Shown in pieces: positions 61,560 to 64,000 of a DNA stretch of 64,000 nucleotides. The stretch is from Hydrurus foetidus. Its lineage: Eukaryota. The number at the start of each line of letters is the position of its first letter. The stretch's first letter is position 1. The notes beneath the pieces were generated by a model. It did not search any database and was not told where the DNA came from. It was given only the letters and a program-made list of their open reading frames with translations. Both the position numbers and the translations under genes were made by a program. The stretch is from positions 1 to 64,000 of the forward strand of contig UYFQ01000710.1 of assembly GCA_900617105.1 (NCBI GenBank), written 5' to 3'.

Positions 61560-62851
61560 ATGGACATTTCACCTCTGTCCGGAGAGAGCCAATCGGATCG
61601 TAACTTCGACCAAGTCGATGTTGAAGATGAAAGCAATGAAAACAATGACCCCGCCACAATAATTAAGGCTGTTGTCAATGGGGATGGATTTTTCGCTTGC
61701 CTTCAGGCTATCCCGCCAGGCAGGAATGCGAAAAGCCAGGGTCACACATACAATAGATTCATCAAAGTTCTAAGTGCATCGGGAAATCTGCCCGTTGAGT
61801 TTACCGACCTGAATTATGGGAGTATGAAGGTCGCACCAAAAAATTTGTTGCATGATATAATCAAGAGTTTAAAGTTAGAGACGCATGGAAAGAAACTATT
61901 CGACGACCTGAAGAATTCTTTACTCATCTCCTACGACGCTTCGCCTATTCTGCGGCAGTAGATGTTCCAAGTGAAGGGGTCATGGTCAACAGATGGGCTC
62001 TTTTATCAGAGTTTTACATTCACCCGATATCGCGAGAAGCACTGGAGAACTATTTTACAAAGATACCACAACAAGGAAAGAACCTCTTGCTCACTGATGG
62101 AATGAAAGGGTACAGGCTTTCTCAGTTACAAGCTCTACTGAAGATATGCACCGAGGAAGTCGCTCCGAATGTGAGGAATTGTTGTGGTGGTAGATGGCCA
62201 GCGTTGATTCACATCCATCCTGAGAAGGGCAGTTTCATCGATATTGAGCAGTTTGCATCACTGATGACTGAGATGAGAAATGTATTCGACATACTGAAGG
62301 CTAATCTTTCCAAGTCTGGGACGCAGGAGAGCGGAGAAATATTGGATGGTACCGCATTAGAGTTTTGTAAGTATCATCAAAGGACTGCCAAACTGAATCA
62401 TTTTTATCTTTGGCTCTGTTGGAAGGATCAGGACCTTAACTTCTTGTCGAATAACTTAGTTGAGGGTGTTGCAACTGGTGGTGATACTCCTCCAGAGCCG
62501 TACTCTAGATCCTCAGCGTCATCACAAGCTTCAGGATCATCTGTCAAGAGGACTCTTACAGAGCGGAAGGTTTCTAAAGGAGCGCATTTTGAGAAGGTGG
62601 CGGCAACGATCGGTGACGTAATCCAAAAGAGCTTAGGAAGTCTACAATCAGATCAATCCGGATCAAGCGAGTTGGCAACTGCAAGAACACAAGCATATTT
62701 AAGTAGAGAGAACGAGCAAACTCTGGAAGTAAAACTTAAACGACAAAGAGAAACAATCGAAGCACCATCATTTAAAGAACTGTCACCTGAATTACAGAGA
62801 CAGCTTAAGAGAAGCTATTCAACTACATTGAGAGAGTGTAATAACATATAA
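61560..62851 (+). pseudogene. Harbinger ORF2 of copy 2, split by a 1-bp deletion near 61948
   Basis: tcgcctattctgcgg here versus tcgcctatttctgcgg in copy 1, giving 133-aa and 289-aa fragments. Confidence 0.85.
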
Positions 62852-63162
62852 TCTACTATTATGTTTCCCGAATCGTTATGTGTTTGCACTATTTTTGACT
62901 TTCATTTTGCATAACCATATAATTTGATTTAAATGCCGAACCTAAGTCCTATCATAGTCTCAAAATAACAATAGTAAAATGTAGCGATAGAATAACTTAA
63001 CAGGTATAAATTTGAATAGAAAAATAACTTGGTGATAAAATAACAAAGTAGTCTCAAAACGAATACTTAATAGTAATTAAAATGTACTCACAATAACAAA
63101 GTAGTCTGAAAACGAACACATAACAAAAAATGTAATGATAAAATCGAAAATATTGAAGTAGT

Positions 63163-64000
63163 TTAATCATCGACCATTTCTTCTTCTTCTACAGACGGTA
63201 ATCCAATTAAGTCTGCTTCACAAGTAATCCGTAGACCTGTATCCCAAATCATGTTCATCATTGATGATCTGAGATCGTTGTTAGCAGCTCTTACACCTAT
63301 TCCTGTATATCTGTTGCTCAATCTAGTTCTTACTTCTTCATCGGTTGGTGGAATCGGGATGTCTACATTGACATGTTCAGGTACTACCTCTAACTCAGTG
63401 TTATTATCAAAGCCGTTTCTTCTTCCACTTTCTAACCACCGCTCAACGCATATGTTATGTAATTTCGCGCAGCACTGAATCATCAAGGATACATTTTTCA
63501 ATCTACTGCTATTCGCGCACCAAAGAATGCCCCATCTGCGAACAAGTTGTCCAAACGCTCTCTCGATAGTTATCCTCTGGGAAGATAGGACGTGATTAAA
63601 AGTTCTCATTTTTAAATAGACAGTTTTGGTGTGATCAGGACTGTTGAAAGCCTTCCTTAACTGATGTTGGGTAAACGGTGTTAAATGACATCCTCCTACA
63701 GAACTGTAAGCCTCGTCTAATAAAAATGAAACCCATGAAGGTATTGACGTCGGTAGGGCTTTGTTAGTTGAGTTCTGGTGTAGTGAAGTTTGTTTATAAG
63801 CGGTGATGTCGTTTGTTGCTCCAGGCCAACCGATTCGAAAATACCAGAAGTTGGTGTGGGCACCACAAAATGCTTGAACAAGAAGAGCAAAAAATCCTTT
63901 CCTGTTCATGTAATTCTTGGAAGATTTCCCGCCCAAATCTTGAGCAGTTGGTTCGGTAATTTGAACCACGAAGCCATCTCCTGCCCCGCATATTCCCCCG
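63163..64000 (-). CDS. Harbinger transposase of copy 2 (C-terminal part; 5' end outside the window)
   Basis: The translation is identical to the C-terminal part of the 38481-39887 protein. Confidence 0.93.
   Translation of the reverse strand, partial: GGICGAGDGFVVQITEPTAQDLGGKSSKNYMNRKGFFALLVQAFCGAHTNFWYFRIGWPGATNDITAYKQTSLHQNSTNKALPTSIPSWVSFLLDEAYSSVGGCHLTPFTQHQLRKAFNSPDHTKTVYLKMRTFNHVLSSQRITIERAFGQLVRRWGILWCANSSRLKNVSLMIQCCAKLHNICVERWLESGRRNGFDNNTELEVVPEHVNVDIPIPPTDEEVRTRLSNRYTGIGVRAANNDLRSSMMNMIWDTGLRITCEADLIGLPSVEEEEMVDD

Larger units (their letters stand above)
55857..64000 (-). mobile_element. Second, inverted copy of the Harbinger element, interrupted by an LTR retrotransposon and running off the window
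   Basis: 61353-64000 is a near-identical reverse complement of ~39050-41698. Confidence 0.93.

Noticed and set aside
1..64000. tRNA, rRNA or snRNA genes
   Set aside because: None were recognised by eye; tRNAscan-SE or Infernal would be needed to exclude them.

Overview
Eukaryotic nuclear DNA: GT-AG introns rich in microsatellites, plus bipartite signal/transit-like presequences. It is most consistent with a photosynthetic stramenopile (inference). Host genes: NAXD, ALG8 (one apparent frameshift), a Mid1/frizzled-like cysteine-rich protein, a CBS-domain protein, a very large PPR-like protein, a PH-domain protein, an FtsH-type ATPase that stops before the M41 protease domain, a hotdog thioesterase, ABCF, UBXN11-like and cytochrome c1. 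Mobile DNA is concentrated in 35.8-64 kb. (1) A 2.3-kb TIR-bounded element with no transposase carries a spliced papain-like (Cys-His-Asp) peptidase gene and a convergent 2OG-Fe(II) dioxygenase gene; this is the most unusual item. (2) An intact PIF/Harbinger transposon with TTA TSD has one end formed by a ~200-bp foldback. (3) A second, inverted Harbinger copy ends in a different, self-contained MITE. (4) A young chromodomain Ty3/Gypsy LTR element with a YXDD->YIYD reverse transcriptase is inserted into that second copy. (5) A 1.3-kb non-coding segment is bounded by ~130-bp inverted repeats. All calls come from reading the sequence and recognising motifs; no database searches were run.
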